From NCBI GenBank assembly GCA_964344655.1, contig CAYFOF010000001.1, positions 3,907 to 67,906 of the forward strand: DNA of 64,000 nucleotides, read 5' to 3'. Shown piece by piece: positions 1-10,061 of this stretch. Each line of letters opens with the position of its first letter. Position 1 is the stretch's first letter. Under the pieces are notes generated by a model. That model saw only the letters and a list, made by a program, of their open reading frames with translations, ran no database searches and had not been told where the DNA came from. Source of the DNA: Candidatus Woesearchaeota archaeon (GTDB lineage Archaea; Nanobdellota; Nanobdellia; SCGC-AAA011-G17; PNOQ01). A program made the translations under genes and the position numbers.

Positions 1-1
1 T

Positions 2-298
2 CTTCGAGTAGCAATTGAATCTGGAACATTATTGAAAAGAATTGAGAGTTATAAACTTCTAAAAGAGTTAAAGATGAAGGAAATAAAAAATCTTCATGCA
101 ATTATGGGAGAAATTGAAAAAGAATTTAAGAGATTCCAATCAGATTTGCCAAAGATAAAAGAATATGCTCCAGTTGAAGAAAAATCTGAACCTGCTGTTG
201 TTGAGGAAAAAGTTGAAGAGAAGAAAACAATTGAGTTGAGTGGTTTGGATGCTGAGTTGGAAGATATAAAACAGAAATTGGCAAACCTAGATATTTAG
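2..298 (+). CDS. partial CDS, C-terminal fragment of a charged coiled-coil-like protein; frame is open to the window edge
   Basis: Reading frame of ORF 32..298 has no stop back to position 2; K/E-rich. Confidence 0.35.
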   Translation, partial: LRVAIESGTLLKRIESYKLLKELKMKEIKNLHAIMGEIEKEFKRFQSDLPKIKEYAPVEEKSEPAVVEEKVEEKKTIELSGLDAELEDIKQKLANLDI

Positions 299-332
299 AT
301 AATTTTTTAAATAATCCCTCTTTTTTATTCTT

Positions 333-2144
333 ATGGAAGCAAAAGATTTGAGGAAGAAATTTATTGAATTCTTTGTTAGTAAAGGTCATAAAAAAATTGG
401 GAATGCACCTTTGATTCCTGAGAATGATCCTACTGTTTTATTTACAACTGCAGGAATGCATCCGTTAGTTCCTTATTTATTGGGGCAAAAACATCCTTCT
501 GGAAAGAAATTAGTTAATGTTCAGAAATGTTTGAGGACTGGAGATATTGAAGAGGTTGGAGATGATGTTCATTTAACTTATTTTGATATGTTGGGGAATT
601 GGTCATTAGGAGATTATTGGAAAAAAGAAGCTATTGAGATGAGTTTTGAGTTTTTGACCTCAAAAAAATATTTGAATTTACCTGTAGATAAACTAGCTGT
701 TACTATATTTGCTGGAGATGAAGATGCTCCACAAGATTCCGATAGTGCAAAAGTTTGGAAAGATCTTGGAATAAAAAAAATTATTCCTTTAGGAAAAGAA
801 GATAATTGGTGGGGTCCCGCGGGGGAAACTGGGCCTTGTGGTCCCGATACGGAAATATTTTATTGGGATTCTGATGATCCTGTTCCAGAAGAATTTGACC
901 CTAATAATTCTACTTTGGCAACTGGTGGAAATGGGTGGGTCGAAATTTGGAACAATGTATTTATGGAATATAAAAAAGTTTTAGCAGTAAAAGATCTTAG
1001 TAAAGTACCTAAAAAAGAGAGATTTGAAAAGAAAAATATCTTCTATAATTACGAAAAATTAGAGCAAAAAAATGTTGATACTGGAATGGGATATGAAAGG
1101 GTTTATTCTATTTTAGAAGGAGTAAAAAATATTTATGAGAGTTCATTGTTTACTCCAATTATTGAAAAGATTTTAGAATTATCAACTTCTGAAGATGAAA
1201 AATCCTTGAGAATTGTAGCAGATCATTTAAGGTCAGCAGTATTTGTTTTGGCTGAGAAAGTTGTTCCTTCGAATTTAGAGCAAGGTTATGTTTTACGTAG
1301 ATTAATTAGATTGGCAATAAGAAGAGGAAAATTATTGGGGATTAAAAATAATTTTACTTCAAAAATTGCAAGAGTTGTTATTGATACTTATAAAAAAGAA
1401 TATCCCCATTTAGATAGGAATAGTTCTTTTATTATTTCTGAAATTGATAAAGAGGAAAAGAAATTTGAGAAAACTTTAGAAAAAGGAATGAGAGTTTTTG
1501 AAAAAATGGATAAGAAAGGGAAAGTTACTGGAAAAGATGCTTTCTTGTTATTCCAATCTTATGGTTTTCCGATTGAAATGACTCAAGAATTGGCCTCAGA
1601 ACATGGAATTGATGTTGATGAAAAAGGATATTATAAGGAATTGGAAAAACATCAAGAATTATCTAGGACTGCAACCAAAGGGAAGTTTGCTTCAGGGTTA
1701 GCAGATAAATCTGAAGAGACTATCAAATTACATACTGCTGCACATTTGTTGCATGCTGCTTTGATTAAGGTTTTAGGATCTTCGTGTGTTCAGAAAGGAT
1801 CTAATATTAATCCAGAAAGGTTGAGATTTGATTTTAGTTTTGATAGAAAATTAGAAGAAAAAGAAGTAAGAGAAGTTGAGGATTTAGTTAACGAACAAAT
1901 TAAGAAAGGTGTAAAAGTTGCTAAGAAAGAGATGAGTGTTGAAGAGGCTAAAAAATCTGGTGCCATGGGAGAATTTGAACATAAGTATGGAGATAAAGTA
2001 TTTGTTTATACTATGGGAAGATTTTCTAAAGAAATTTGTTCTGGCCCTCATGTGGAAAATACTTCTAAATTAGGTACGTTTAAGATTGTAAAACAAAAAT
2101 CTGTGGGTGCTGGCGTTAGAAGGATTAAAGCAGTATTGGAATAA
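333..2144 (+). CDS. alaS: alanyl-tRNA synthetase, compact 603-aa form (catalytic plus editing domains, no C-Ala domain)
   Basis: N-terminal FFxSKGH...DPTVLFTTAGM class II AlaRS signature; editing-domain HTAAHLLH and C-terminal CSGPHV motifs. Confidence 0.8.
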   Translation: MEAKDLRKKFIEFFVSKGHKKIGNAPLIPENDPTVLFTTAGMHPLVPYLLGQKHPSGKKLVNVQKCLRTGDIEEVGDDVHLTYFDMLGNWSLGDYWKKEAIEMSFEFLTSKKYLNLPVDKLAVTIFAGDEDAPQDSDSAKVWKDLGIKKIIPLGKEDNWWGPAGETGPCGPDTEIFYWDSDDPVPEEFDPNNSTLATGGNGWVEIWNNVFMEYKKVLAVKDLSKVPKKERFEKKNIFYNYEKLEQKNVDTGMGYERVYSILEGVKNIYESSLFTPIIEKILELSTSEDEKSLRIVADHLRSAVFVLAEKVVPSNLEQGYVLRRLIRLAIRRGKLLGIKNNFTSKIARVVIDTYKKEYPHLDRNSSFIISEIDKEEKKFEKTLEKGMRVFEKMDKKGKVTGKDAFLLFQSYGFPIEMTQELASEHGIDVDEKGYYKELEKHQELSRTATKGKFASGLADKSEETIKLHTAAHLLHAALIKVLGSSCVQKGSNINPERLRFDFSFDRKLEEKEVREVEDLVNEQIKKGVKVAKKEMSVEEAKKSGAMGEFEHKYGDKVFVYTMGRFSKEICSGPHVENTSKLGTFKIVKQKSVGAGVRRIKAVLE

Positions 2145-2179
2145 TAAACTATTTAAAGCTCAAATTTAAAATTTAGATT

Positions 2180-3562
2180 ATGAAAGTTAAATTTTGTGGT
2201 GCTGCTCAAATTGTAACTGGTTCTTGTTTTCATTTAGAAGTAAAAGGAAAACAATATTTAGTTGATTGTGGAATGTTTCAGGGTAAAAAAGAAGTAACAA
2301 AGCTTAACTATGAGAAATTTGCTTTTGATCCAAGAAAAATAGATTTTGTATTTTTAACTCATGCGCATATTGATCATTCTGGTTTAATCCCCAAATTAGT
2401 TTCTCAGGGATTTAAAGGGAAAATATTAGCTACCTCTGCAACTACAGATTTATGTAAAATTATGTTGGTAGATAGTGCGGGCATTCAAGAGTCTGATATT
2501 AGGAGAGAAAATAATCGTAGAGCGAGAGAGGGATTACCTGCGAGAGAACCATTGTATACTATTGATGATGCGACAAAATCAATAAAACATTTTAGAAATA
2601 TAAAATATGAAAAAAAATATACTGTTGATGATAATGTAAAAGTTCGTTATAGAGATGCAGGGCATATTGTGGGTGCGGCAATTATTGAAGTTTTTGTTAC
2701 AGAAAAAGGGAAAGAGAAAAAATTAGTATTTTCTGGAGATTTGGGACAATGGGATATTCCAATTGTAAAAGATCCTACTTTTATTTCTGAAGCAGATTAT
2801 GTATTTATTGAATCTACTTATGGAGATAGACTTCATACTGATAAAGGAAAGAGTGAAGAATTACTTTTGAAACACATTCATGATACATATAAGCGTGGAG
2901 GAAAATTGATGATTCCTTCTTTTGCTATTGAAAGAACTCAAGAATTATTATTTGCTATGCATAAGTTTGCTAAGCGCAAAAAAATGCCAAAAGAGAAAGT
3001 GTTTTTGGATAGTCCTTTAGCAATTAAGGCTACAAAAATATTTGAGAAACATACAGAAGTGCATGATGAAGAGATAAAGAGAGAAATGCCTAAACCATTT
3101 AGCTTTGAAGGTTTAGAATTTACACAACAAGCAAGAGATTCTATGAAAATAAATCATTATGATTTGCCCGCCATAATTATTGCTGGAAGCGGTATGTGTA
3201 CTGGTGGGAGAATAAGGCATCATTTTAAACATGGATTGTGGGATCCAAAGAATACTGTTTTGTTCGTGGGTTATCAAGCTGAAGGCACTTTAGGAAGACA
3301 TATTTTAGAAGGAGCAAAAAAAGTTAGAATGCTTGGAACTGAAGTTGTTGTTAAAGCTAAAATTGCAGAGATAGATAGTTTTTCTGCTCATGCAGATTAT
3401 CGTGAATTGATTAAATGGTTGTCTGGGTTTAAGAAAAAACCAATAGAAGTGTTTATTGTTCATGGTGAGGAAGATTCTACTTTGGCGTTTAAATCAAAAT
3501 TAGAAAAGAAAGGATATAAATGTTATATTCCTAAATTGAATCAAGTTGTTAAGTTGAATTAG
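2180..3562 (+). CDS. beta-CASP metallo-beta-lactamase fold ribonuclease (archaeal RNase J-like)
   Basis: HAHIDH MBL motif and beta-CASP-like C-terminal half; about 460 aa without KH domains. Confidence 0.6.
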   Translation: MKVKFCGAAQIVTGSCFHLEVKGKQYLVDCGMFQGKKEVTKLNYEKFAFDPRKIDFVFLTHAHIDHSGLIPKLVSQGFKGKILATSATTDLCKIMLVDSAGIQESDIRRENNRRAREGLPAREPLYTIDDATKSIKHFRNIKYEKKYTVDDNVKVRYRDAGHIVGAAIIEVFVTEKGKEKKLVFSGDLGQWDIPIVKDPTFISEADYVFIESTYGDRLHTDKGKSEELLLKHIHDTYKRGGKLMIPSFAIERTQELLFAMHKFAKRKKMPKEKVFLDSPLAIKATKIFEKHTEVHDEEIKREMPKPFSFEGLEFTQQARDSMKINHYDLPAIIIAGSGMCTGGRIRHHFKHGLWDPKNTVLFVGYQAEGTLGRHILEGAKKVRMLGTEVVVKAKIAEIDSFSAHADYRELIKWLSGFKKKPIEVFIVHGEEDSTLAFKSKLEKKGYKCYIPKLNQVVKLN

Positions 3563-6141
3563 TCAAATAAAATAGAAGGTTTTCCCGGCATTGCTTTTTG
3601 ATCGTCTTTCTTTATTTCTATTTTCAAATTAAACTCTTTTTTTAATTTTTCAGTGTTTGTTTTAAGCTCATTTAATTCTTTTTCTTGAGTTAAGACTATT
3701 TCAGGAAGTTTTTTTGGATTTTTTATAAAAGAAGGCACTAATTTAGAAATTTCTTTTGCGTGTTGTTTTATCATTACTTTCTTTATTATTCTTGAAATGT
3801 CGAAATCTTTTTCCATTTCTTTTTTAATTTTTTTAATTAATTCATATTTCCAAGATTCTGAAACCGAAATTGTAACCTTAGTTGGTTTTTTCTTTACGAA
3901 TTTAGAAATATTATGAATATCTTTTATTGTATTTGAAATAAATTCATCTAGAGCATCCAATTCTGGGTTAATTTTCTTTTCATCGTGCTTTGGCCATTTA
4001 GAAAGTGAAATTAAATCTTTATTTATTTTAGACCAAAGCTCTTCTGCTAAATGTGGACAGAATGGAGAAATTAATTTTAATGCGGATTCAAAATCTTTTT
4101 TTGAGATTTCTTCTTCTAGAGAATCAAATAATTTTTTAATTTCTATTATTGCTAAATTATATTTTATTTCTTCTAGGTATTGTGTTACTTTTTTTATTGC
4201 GTTATTTATTTTATGTTGTGTTTTTTTAGAAGATTTTCCAATTTTGAATTTTTTATCATATACTCTTGAAACAAATTTATGATTGCTTTCTAGTCCCCGT
4301 GTGTCCCAGTTGAAATCTTTATCAGGGTTTGCAACAGAAACTAAAAACATTCTTAGAGCATCTGTGCTGTAGTTTTTTATCATATCTAATGGATCTATTA
4401 CGTTTCCATAAGATTTTGACATTTTTCTTCCATCTTCAGCGTGAACCATTCCTTGATTGAATTGTTTTATTGCGGGTTCATTGAAGCTTAATAGTTTTAA
4501 ATCTCTCAAGAACTTAGTATAGAATCTTATGTAGATTAAATGCATACATGCGTGTTCTCTTCCCCCAATGTAGAAATCTACAGGACACCAATATTTTGCT
4601 TTAGTTTTGTCAAATATTGCTTTTGAATTTTTTGGATCTGTGTATCTTAGGAAATACCAAGAAGAATTTACGAAAGTATCCATTGTATCTGTTTCTCGTT
4701 TTGCTTGACCTTTACATTTTGGACATTTTACATTTACAAAGTCTTTATGTTTTTCTAGTGGATTTTCTCCTTCTTTTAATTTTACATCTTCTGGAAGTTT
4801 AACTGGAAGATTTTTTTCAGGAATCTCTCCGCATTTTTCACAGTGTATTATTGGAATTGGGGTTCCCCAGAATCTTTGTCTGGAAATTAACCAGTCTTTT
4901 AATCTGTAATTTATAGTTTTTTTACCTAGTTTTAATTTTGTTAGATGTTTTGTTATTTCTTCTTTTGCTTTTTCTGAATCTAATTTATTGAATTTATCAG
5001 AATTAACTAGAATTCCTTTTTCTATGTAAGCGTGTTTCATATCTTTTTCATTTAGTGTTTTATTTTCTGGGGATATTACAACTTTTATTGGGATTTTGTA
5101 TTTTCTAGCAAATTCAAAATCTCTTTGATCGTGAGCAGGAACTGCCATTACCATTCCAGAGCCGTATGAAGCAAGAACGAAATTTCCAGCATAAATCGGA
5201 AGTTTTTCTTTTGTTAACGGATGAGTTGCATAAGATCCTGTGAAAACTCCTTCTTTTTCTAGTTTATCTATGTCTTCTTCTGAGACTGAAGTTAATTTTT
5301 CTGTGAATTTTTCTATTTCTTCTTCTTGTTTTTCAGTAACTAGGTTCATTAAGTCTGGATGTTGAGCTGAAACCACTAAGAATGTTACTCCATATAATGT
5401 ATCTGGGCGTGTTGTGAAAACTTTCCATTTCTTTTTATTTATTTCAAAATTAATTTCTGTTCCATAAGATTTTCCAATCCAATTTTTTTGAAGTTTTTTA
5501 ATTTCTTCCGGCCAATCTTTTAATTTTTTTATTCCTTCATATAACTCGTCTGCGTATTCTGTTGTTTTAAGGAACCATTGGTTAAGGTTTTTTACTTGTA
5601 CGGTTGTATCTTCATGCCTCCAACATTTTCCATCATGAACTTGTTCATTTGCCAATACAGTATTACATTTTGGGCACCAATTAACTGGAGCTTCTTTTTT
5701 GTAAGCTAAACCTTTTTTGTACATTTGTAAGAAAATCCATTGATCCCATTTGTAATAGTCTGGGTTTGATGTTGAGATTAATCTAGACCAATCATAAGAG
5801 AAACCTAATTTTTTTTGTTGCTTTATGAAATTTTTAATTGCTTCTTCTGTGAATTTTTTTGGGTGTTCTTTTGCTTTTATTGCAGCGTTTTCTGCTGGAA
5901 GCCCAAAAGAATCGTATCCAACTGGATAAAGAACGTTAAAATTATTCATTCTCTTAAATCTTGCAATGATATCTGTTATTGTGAAATTAAATGCGTGTCC
6001 TATGTGTAATCCTGAACCTGAAGGATATGGAAACATCTCTAATGCGTAGAATTTCTTTTTTGTTGATTTTTTTACTTCAAAGGCTTTGGTTTTTTCCCAC
6101 TTATCCTGCCATTTTTGTTCTATTGCTTTGAAGTCTGTCAT
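3559..6141 (-). CDS. leuS: leucyl-tRNA synthetase, bacterial type
   Basis: MFPYPSGSGLHIGH, GYDWSR, VNWCP...TVLANEQV, NWIG and KMSKS motifs, colinear with bacterial LeuRS. Confidence 0.85.
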   Translation of the reverse strand: MTDFKAIEQKWQDKWEKTKAFEVKKSTKKKFYALEMFPYPSGSGLHIGHAFNFTITDIIARFKRMNNFNVLYPVGYDSFGLPAENAAIKAKEHPKKFTEEAIKNFIKQQKKLGFSYDWSRLISTSNPDYYKWDQWIFLQMYKKGLAYKKEAPVNWCPKCNTVLANEQVHDGKCWRHEDTTVQVKNLNQWFLKTTEYADELYEGIKKLKDWPEEIKKLQKNWIGKSYGTEINFEINKKKWKVFTTRPDTLYGVTFLVVSAQHPDLMNLVTEKQEEEIEKFTEKLTSVSEEDIDKLEKEGVFTGSYATHPLTKEKLPIYAGNFVLASYGSGMVMAVPAHDQRDFEFARKYKIPIKVVISPENKTLNEKDMKHAYIEKGILVNSDKFNKLDSEKAKEEITKHLTKLKLGKKTINYRLKDWLISRQRFWGTPIPIIHCEKCGEIPEKNLPVKLPEDVKLKEGENPLEKHKDFVNVKCPKCKGQAKRETDTMDTFVNSSWYFLRYTDPKNSKAIFDKTKAKYWCPVDFYIGGREHACMHLIYIRFYTKFLRDLKLLSFNEPAIKQFNQGMVHAEDGRKMSKSYGNVIDPLDMIKNYSTDALRMFLVSVANPDKDFNWDTRGLESNHKFVSRVYDKKFKIGKSSKKTQHKINNAIKKVTQYLEEIKYNLAIIEIKKLFDSLEEEISKKDFESALKLISPFCPHLAEELWSKINKDLISLSKWPKHDEKKINPELDALDEFISNTIKDIHNISKFVKKKPTKVTISVSESWKYELIKKIKKEMEKDFDISRIIKKVMIKQHAKEISKLVPSFIKNPKKLPEIVLTQEKELNELKTNTEKLKKEFNLKIEIKKDDQKAMPGKPSILFD

Positions 6142-6190
6142 GATCTTATATTTTATAGTATATTTATATAATTTTGCTTTGAGGGGAATA

Positions 6191-6198
6191 TTTATAAA
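6191..6198 (+). promoter_or_regulatory. TATA box (TTTATAAA) about 27 nt upstream of tRNA-Arg
   Basis: Archaeal TATA consensus at the expected distance from the tRNA 5' end. Confidence 0.3.
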
Positions 6199-6225
6199 TG
6201 AAATTAGTGCTCTTAAATTAATTAC

Positions 6226-6300
6226 GGGTGCGTAGCTCAGCTTGGATAGAGCACTAGCCTTCTAAGCTAGGGGTCGAGGGTTCAAATCCCTTCGCGCCCG
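6226..6300 (+). tRNA. tRNA-Arg (anticodon TCT)
   Basis: Manual cloverleaf: acceptor GGGTGCG/CGCGCCC, anticodon stem CTAGC/GCTAG, loop CTTCTAA, T-loop TTCAAAT, discriminator G; CCA not encoded. Confidence 0.8.
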
Positions 6301-6308
6301 CTCATTTT

Positions 6309-6380
6309 GCGTGCGTAGCCAAGCGGCTAAGGCAAGAGGCTGCAACCCTCTGATCCCCGGTTCGAGTCCGGGCGTGCGCT
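6309..6380 (+). tRNA. tRNA-Cys (anticodon GCA)
   Basis: Acceptor GCGTGCG/CGTGCGC, anticodon stem AGAGG/CCTCT, loop CTGCAAC, T-arm CCCGG-TTCGAGT-CCGGG, discriminator U as expected for Cys. Confidence 0.75.
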
Positions 6381-6407
6381 TATTTTATTTTTAGAAAAAT
6401 TAATAAA

Positions 6408-6704
6408 TTGTTTAAAATTCTGATTTTTATGGGAGAAAATAATCAAGAAAGTTTTTTAGAAAATCATAGAAGAATTGAAAATCTTATCGGAAAGGATAAA
6501 AAGGATTTTATTCCAATTTGGGGCATTTGGAATTATCATAGAAGAGCTTGGCCAATTATAAAGAATGAGCCCATTGTAGAGAATGAAAATGATGATCTTT
6601 ATTTTGGATATGATGGTTTGTTTTTTCTAACACATATTGCATATTGCATACCCGCTATTGCCTCATCAGCATATATAATCCTAAAGCATTATGTAAATAA
6701 TTAA
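6408..6704 (+). CDS. hypothetical protein
   Basis: ORF only; no recognisable motif. Confidence 0.3.
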   Translation: MFKILIFMGENNQESFLENHRRIENLIGKDKKDFIPIWGIWNYHRRAWPIIKNEPIVENENDDLYFGYDGLFFLTHIAYCIPAIASSAYIILKHYVNN

Positions 6705-7594
6705 ACTCTAAAGGTTCCACGTTTTTTTAATTTTTTATTATTTTTATTTTTTCTTCTGTAGATAAAAAATCCTACTGCAGCAATTATTACTGCAAATATT
6801 AAATAAGTCCCAGTTCTATCTGGAGCTGTGTTTCCTAAAGAATCTATGAAATACGTTGGATCGTAATAAACTAATTTTTCTATAGTTCTTCTTTCATTTG
6901 TAGAATCAGTATAGTGTAAGATTACTTTTATGTTCCCTTCTGAAGGTGTTGCTTCAAAATCTGCAGTTGTATATTCGTTTGAATCTAAATCACCAACAAT
7001 ATTTCTATTTGCTCCTTTAACAACTATATTTTCTTGTTTTGGGATTTCTACTGTTAATGCTTCAATATCTTGATTTCCAGTATTTAGAATTTCAAAAACT
7101 AAACTCCTATCTTTTATTATGTGGTTATCTACGTAAACTTCAAAGTCGGTTCTTCCGTCTTCTAGTTCGATATCAAATTTTTTGGAAATGTAGCTTCCGA
7201 GTCCAAGATTATCTCTTTCTCTGTATCTTAGTTCTACTTCATATGTTCCTTCTAAAGCATCAGGGTCTATTCTTACTTTGTAAGGAATATTCCAGTTTGA
7301 ATTAAACCCATGTCCAGCGTATGTATTTGCTTCCATTACTTTAATTGAACTTCCACTATCTAAGAAAAATGGATATTCTAAAACTAATTCAACAATAGCA
7401 CCACTATCACAACTTCCTAGCCCTCTAAGTTGGAATAACATTTCTACATACTCTCCTGCTATCGCTGGGTGAGGATCTTGATTTACCAAATCTGCAGCCA
7501 ATTCACAATTATAAAAGTCATTTGCAGAAGTATTGTTTATTAGAAATATAAATAAAACAAATACAAAAATTAATTTTATAAATCGCCCCTCCAT
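6701..7594 (-). CDS. secreted CARDB-like surface protein with C-terminal TM helix and basic tail
   Basis: N-terminal signal peptide; beta-rich repeats with GEYVE...GTYEVEL pattern; C-terminus LIFAVIIAAVGFFIYRRKNK. Confidence 0.5.
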   Translation of the reverse strand: MEGRFIKLIFVFVLFIFLINNTSANDFYNCELAADLVNQDPHPAIAGEYVEMLFQLRGLGSCDSGAIVELVLEYPFFLDSGSSIKVMEANTYAGHGFNSNWNIPYKVRIDPDALEGTYEVELRYRERDNLGLGSYISKKFDIELEDGRTDFEVYVDNHIIKDRSLVFEILNTGNQDIEALTVEIPKQENIVVKGANRNIVGDLDSNEYTTADFEATPSEGNIKVILHYTDSTNERRTIEKLVYYDPTYFIDSLGNTAPDRTGTYLIFAVIIAAVGFFIYRRKNKNNKKLKKRGTFRV

Positions 7595-7632
7595 GAATTA
7601 AATTTTATTTTCTCCATATATAAATGTTTTTA

Positions 7633-8841
7633 CTATTCACTTCTTAACGCATCTACGGGGTTTGTTTTTGCGGCCCTTCTTGCAGGTAATGCTCCAGATA
7701 TTGCGCCAGTAATTCCTGCGAATGCAATTAATCCTACAAATAAATATATTGAAAAGTGAGGTTGTAAGAAACTCCATCCAAGATCTTTTAGTATTAAACC
7801 ACCAATACTAGAAATCCCCCAACCCAGTGCACAACCCAATACTCCAGCAACAACACCTAAAAATGAACTTTCAAATAAGAATATATCAAATATTTCTATG
7901 TTTTTTGCTCCTACGGCTTTTAATATTCCAATCTCTTTATATCTTTCTAGAACTGAAGTTATCATTGTATTTGCTGTGTTTATTGTTGAAACTAAAACAG
8001 AAATTAATGCTATTAGTACTATAAATCCCACAATAACATTTAGAGCACCTGAAAATTGTTCTATTAATTCATCAAATGATTGTACTGTGAAATCTTCTTT
8101 TCCCTCTTCTACATCTCTTGATTTTCTTAGGCTTTTTTCTATGTCATCTACAACTCTTTGTATGTTATCTAGGTCTACTCTTGCAAAAATTTGTATGTAA
8201 GAATTTTCTTCTGGGAATAGTTCTTCGTAGTAATCATTTGTAACATAAATTTGAGAGTCATCTTGAGGGTTTCCAATTTCTTCTAAAAATCCGATTATTC
8301 TTAGATCTTGACCGTTTACTTCTATTTTATCATTTACTTTGAAGGGTTTTGGGAAAATTTTGTTTGGGATTAAATAATTGTATCCAAGAAGTATTTTTCC
8401 ATCATCTCCTGGGCTTAAGATTCTTCCTTCTTTAGCACCAACATTAAATGAATCTAAAACCATATCTTTTTTTGGATCGTAGGAAATTAAGAAAACAAAT
8501 TTTATATCGCTATTTTGTTTTATTTGTACTGCGTTAAAATATAATCCTGTTGCATCATAAACTCCGGGTGTTTTTGATACGGAATCTATGTCTGATTGGT
8601 TTAATACTACACTTGTTGAAAGGTCTGCCACTCCTCCTGCGGTTTTTGCCATGATTAAAACTTTGTCTGCAGATGACGAAGTTGAGAGTTCATCTATGTA
8701 ATCATATAATCCTAAACCAAAACTTATGAAGATAAATATTGTTGCAATTCCAACTAAAATAGAGAAAATTGTTAAAAAACTTCTACCTTTGTTTTTCTTT
8801 AGATTTTTTAGTGAGTATTTCACTCCTTCTCTACTTATCAT
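7633..8841 (-). CDS. ABC transporter permease, FtsX/MacB family
   Basis: N-terminal TM, large extracytoplasmic domain, three C-terminal TM helices typical of the FtsX fold. Confidence 0.7.
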   Translation of the reverse strand: MISREGVKYSLKNLKKNKGRSFLTIFSILVGIATIFIFISFGLGLYDYIDELSTSSSADKVLIMAKTAGGVADLSTSVVLNQSDIDSVSKTPGVYDATGLYFNAVQIKQNSDIKFVFLISYDPKKDMVLDSFNVGAKEGRILSPGDDGKILLGYNYLIPNKIFPKPFKVNDKIEVNGQDLRIIGFLEEIGNPQDDSQIYVTNDYYEELFPEENSYIQIFARVDLDNIQRVVDDIEKSLRKSRDVEEGKEDFTVQSFDELIEQFSGALNVIVGFIVLIALISVLVSTINTANTMITSVLERYKEIGILKAVGAKNIEIFDIFLFESSFLGVVAGVLGCALGWGISSIGGLILKDLGWSFLQPHFSIYLFVGLIAFAGITGAISGALPARRAAKTNPVDALRSE

Positions 8842-10061
8842 CCTCTTAGGGCCTCCACAGGATTTTGACTTGCCGCCTTCATTGCAGGAATTATTCCAGC
8901 TATTCCTCCAATTAAGAAGCTTCCAAATAAAGCTAGGAATATTAATCCGAAGTCTATGCTAAATCCTAAATCTGTTCCTATGAAATTATTAATTCCTTGT
9001 ATTCCAATTAAACCAATTATTATCCCCAGGAATGCTCCGGCTGCTCCTCCAATTAATCCTAGTAAGCTTGATTCTACAAAAAATTGTGCAAATATGTGTT
9101 CGTTTCTTGCACCGACAGATTTTGTTACTCCGATTTCTTTTCTTCTCTCCATTACAGATGTTGTCATTGTATTTATTATTCCGATTAAACCAATGAAAAT
9201 AGAAATTGAGGCAACTATAACTATGAATATTTGAACTCCACTTAGAACGCTATTTACAGTAGCTAGAGAGGATTCAGGTGTACTTACTTCGAAATTTTCT
9301 TCTCCTAATTTTACATCTCTTCTTTGTCTTAAAAGTTTTTCAATGTCTGTTTTTGTTTTGTTTATTTCTTTTTTATTATTTGGTTCTACTATGATTAAAT
9401 CTGCAACTTCTCCAAAATTAAATATATCATCCATGTCATCTTCTAGCATTAGTATAACATTATCCATAATTAAACTGCCTTGTTTTTCCATTATACCAAT
9501 TACTTCGAATTTTTCTCCGCTAACTAAAATAGATTTCCCTACGGTTATTGGTTTTCCTCCCCAATCTTCTTCTTTATCGTAATAATTAAATCCTAGAACT
9601 ACTTTTCCAGTGTCGGATTCTTTTAGCATTCTTCCAAATAAAGGTCCTTGATCAAGTTGAGTGTATATTAGATCAAGATCTTCCTTATTTTGAGCCATAC
9701 TTCCGAGATACCTAAATTGAATATTATCATTAAATTCTATTTGTCCGGACCTTATGTTTCTGACTACTGTATTTTCTACGCTGCTTAATCTTTCAATTGC
9801 TCTTGCATCATCTCTTGTTATTGGATCTACAACACTGCTTCCAGGAGGGCCAAATCCAGAGATTCCTCCAGCTTGGACAGTTATTAATTCGTTAGCATTT
9901 ATTCCAAATTGACTTGCTACTGCGAGTTGTAAACCATTTCCTAAGGATATTAAAGAAACTACGGCAGTTACACCAATTACGATTCCTAACAAAGTTAACC
10001 AAGATCTAATTCCTCTACTTTTTAGATTCTTTAAAGCTAAAACAAAGAAGTCTTTAATCAT
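8838..10061 (-). CDS. ABC transporter permease, FtsX/MacB family (second copy)
   Basis: Same architecture as the neighbouring permease; 4-bp overlaps imply an operon. Confidence 0.7.
   Translation of the reverse strand: MIKDFFVLALKNLKSRGIRSWLTLLGIVIGVTAVVSLISLGNGLQLAVASQFGINANELITVQAGGISGFGPPGSSVVDPITRDDARAIERLSSVENTVVRNIRSGQIEFNDNIQFRYLGSMAQNKEDLDLIYTQLDQGPLFGRMLKESDTGKVVLGFNYYDKEEDWGGKPITVGKSILVSGEKFEVIGIMEKQGSLIMDNVILMLEDDMDDIFNFGEVADLIIVEPNNKKEINKTKTDIEKLLRQRRDVKLGEENFEVSTPESSLATVNSVLSGVQIFIVIVASISIFIGLIGIINTMTTSVMERRKEIGVTKSVGARNEHIFAQFFVESSLLGLIGGAAGAFLGIIIGLIGIQGINNFIGTDLGFSIDFGLIFLALFGSFLIGGIAGIIPAMKAASQNPVEALRG

Noticed and set aside
4617-4802. Many short ORFs in the six-frame track lying antisense or out of frame inside clear genes (e.g. 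4617..4802 and 5815..6009 in leuS; 7827..8200 and 8956..9582 in the FtsX genes; 13231..13845 in the CARDB gene; 17600..17842 in rpl10; 55244..55577 in rps3; 46191..47213 in secY)
   Set aside because: They overlap well-supported genes and have biased low-complexity composition mirroring the sense-strand codons (K/E-rich tails give F/L-rich antisense frames). Judged spurious.
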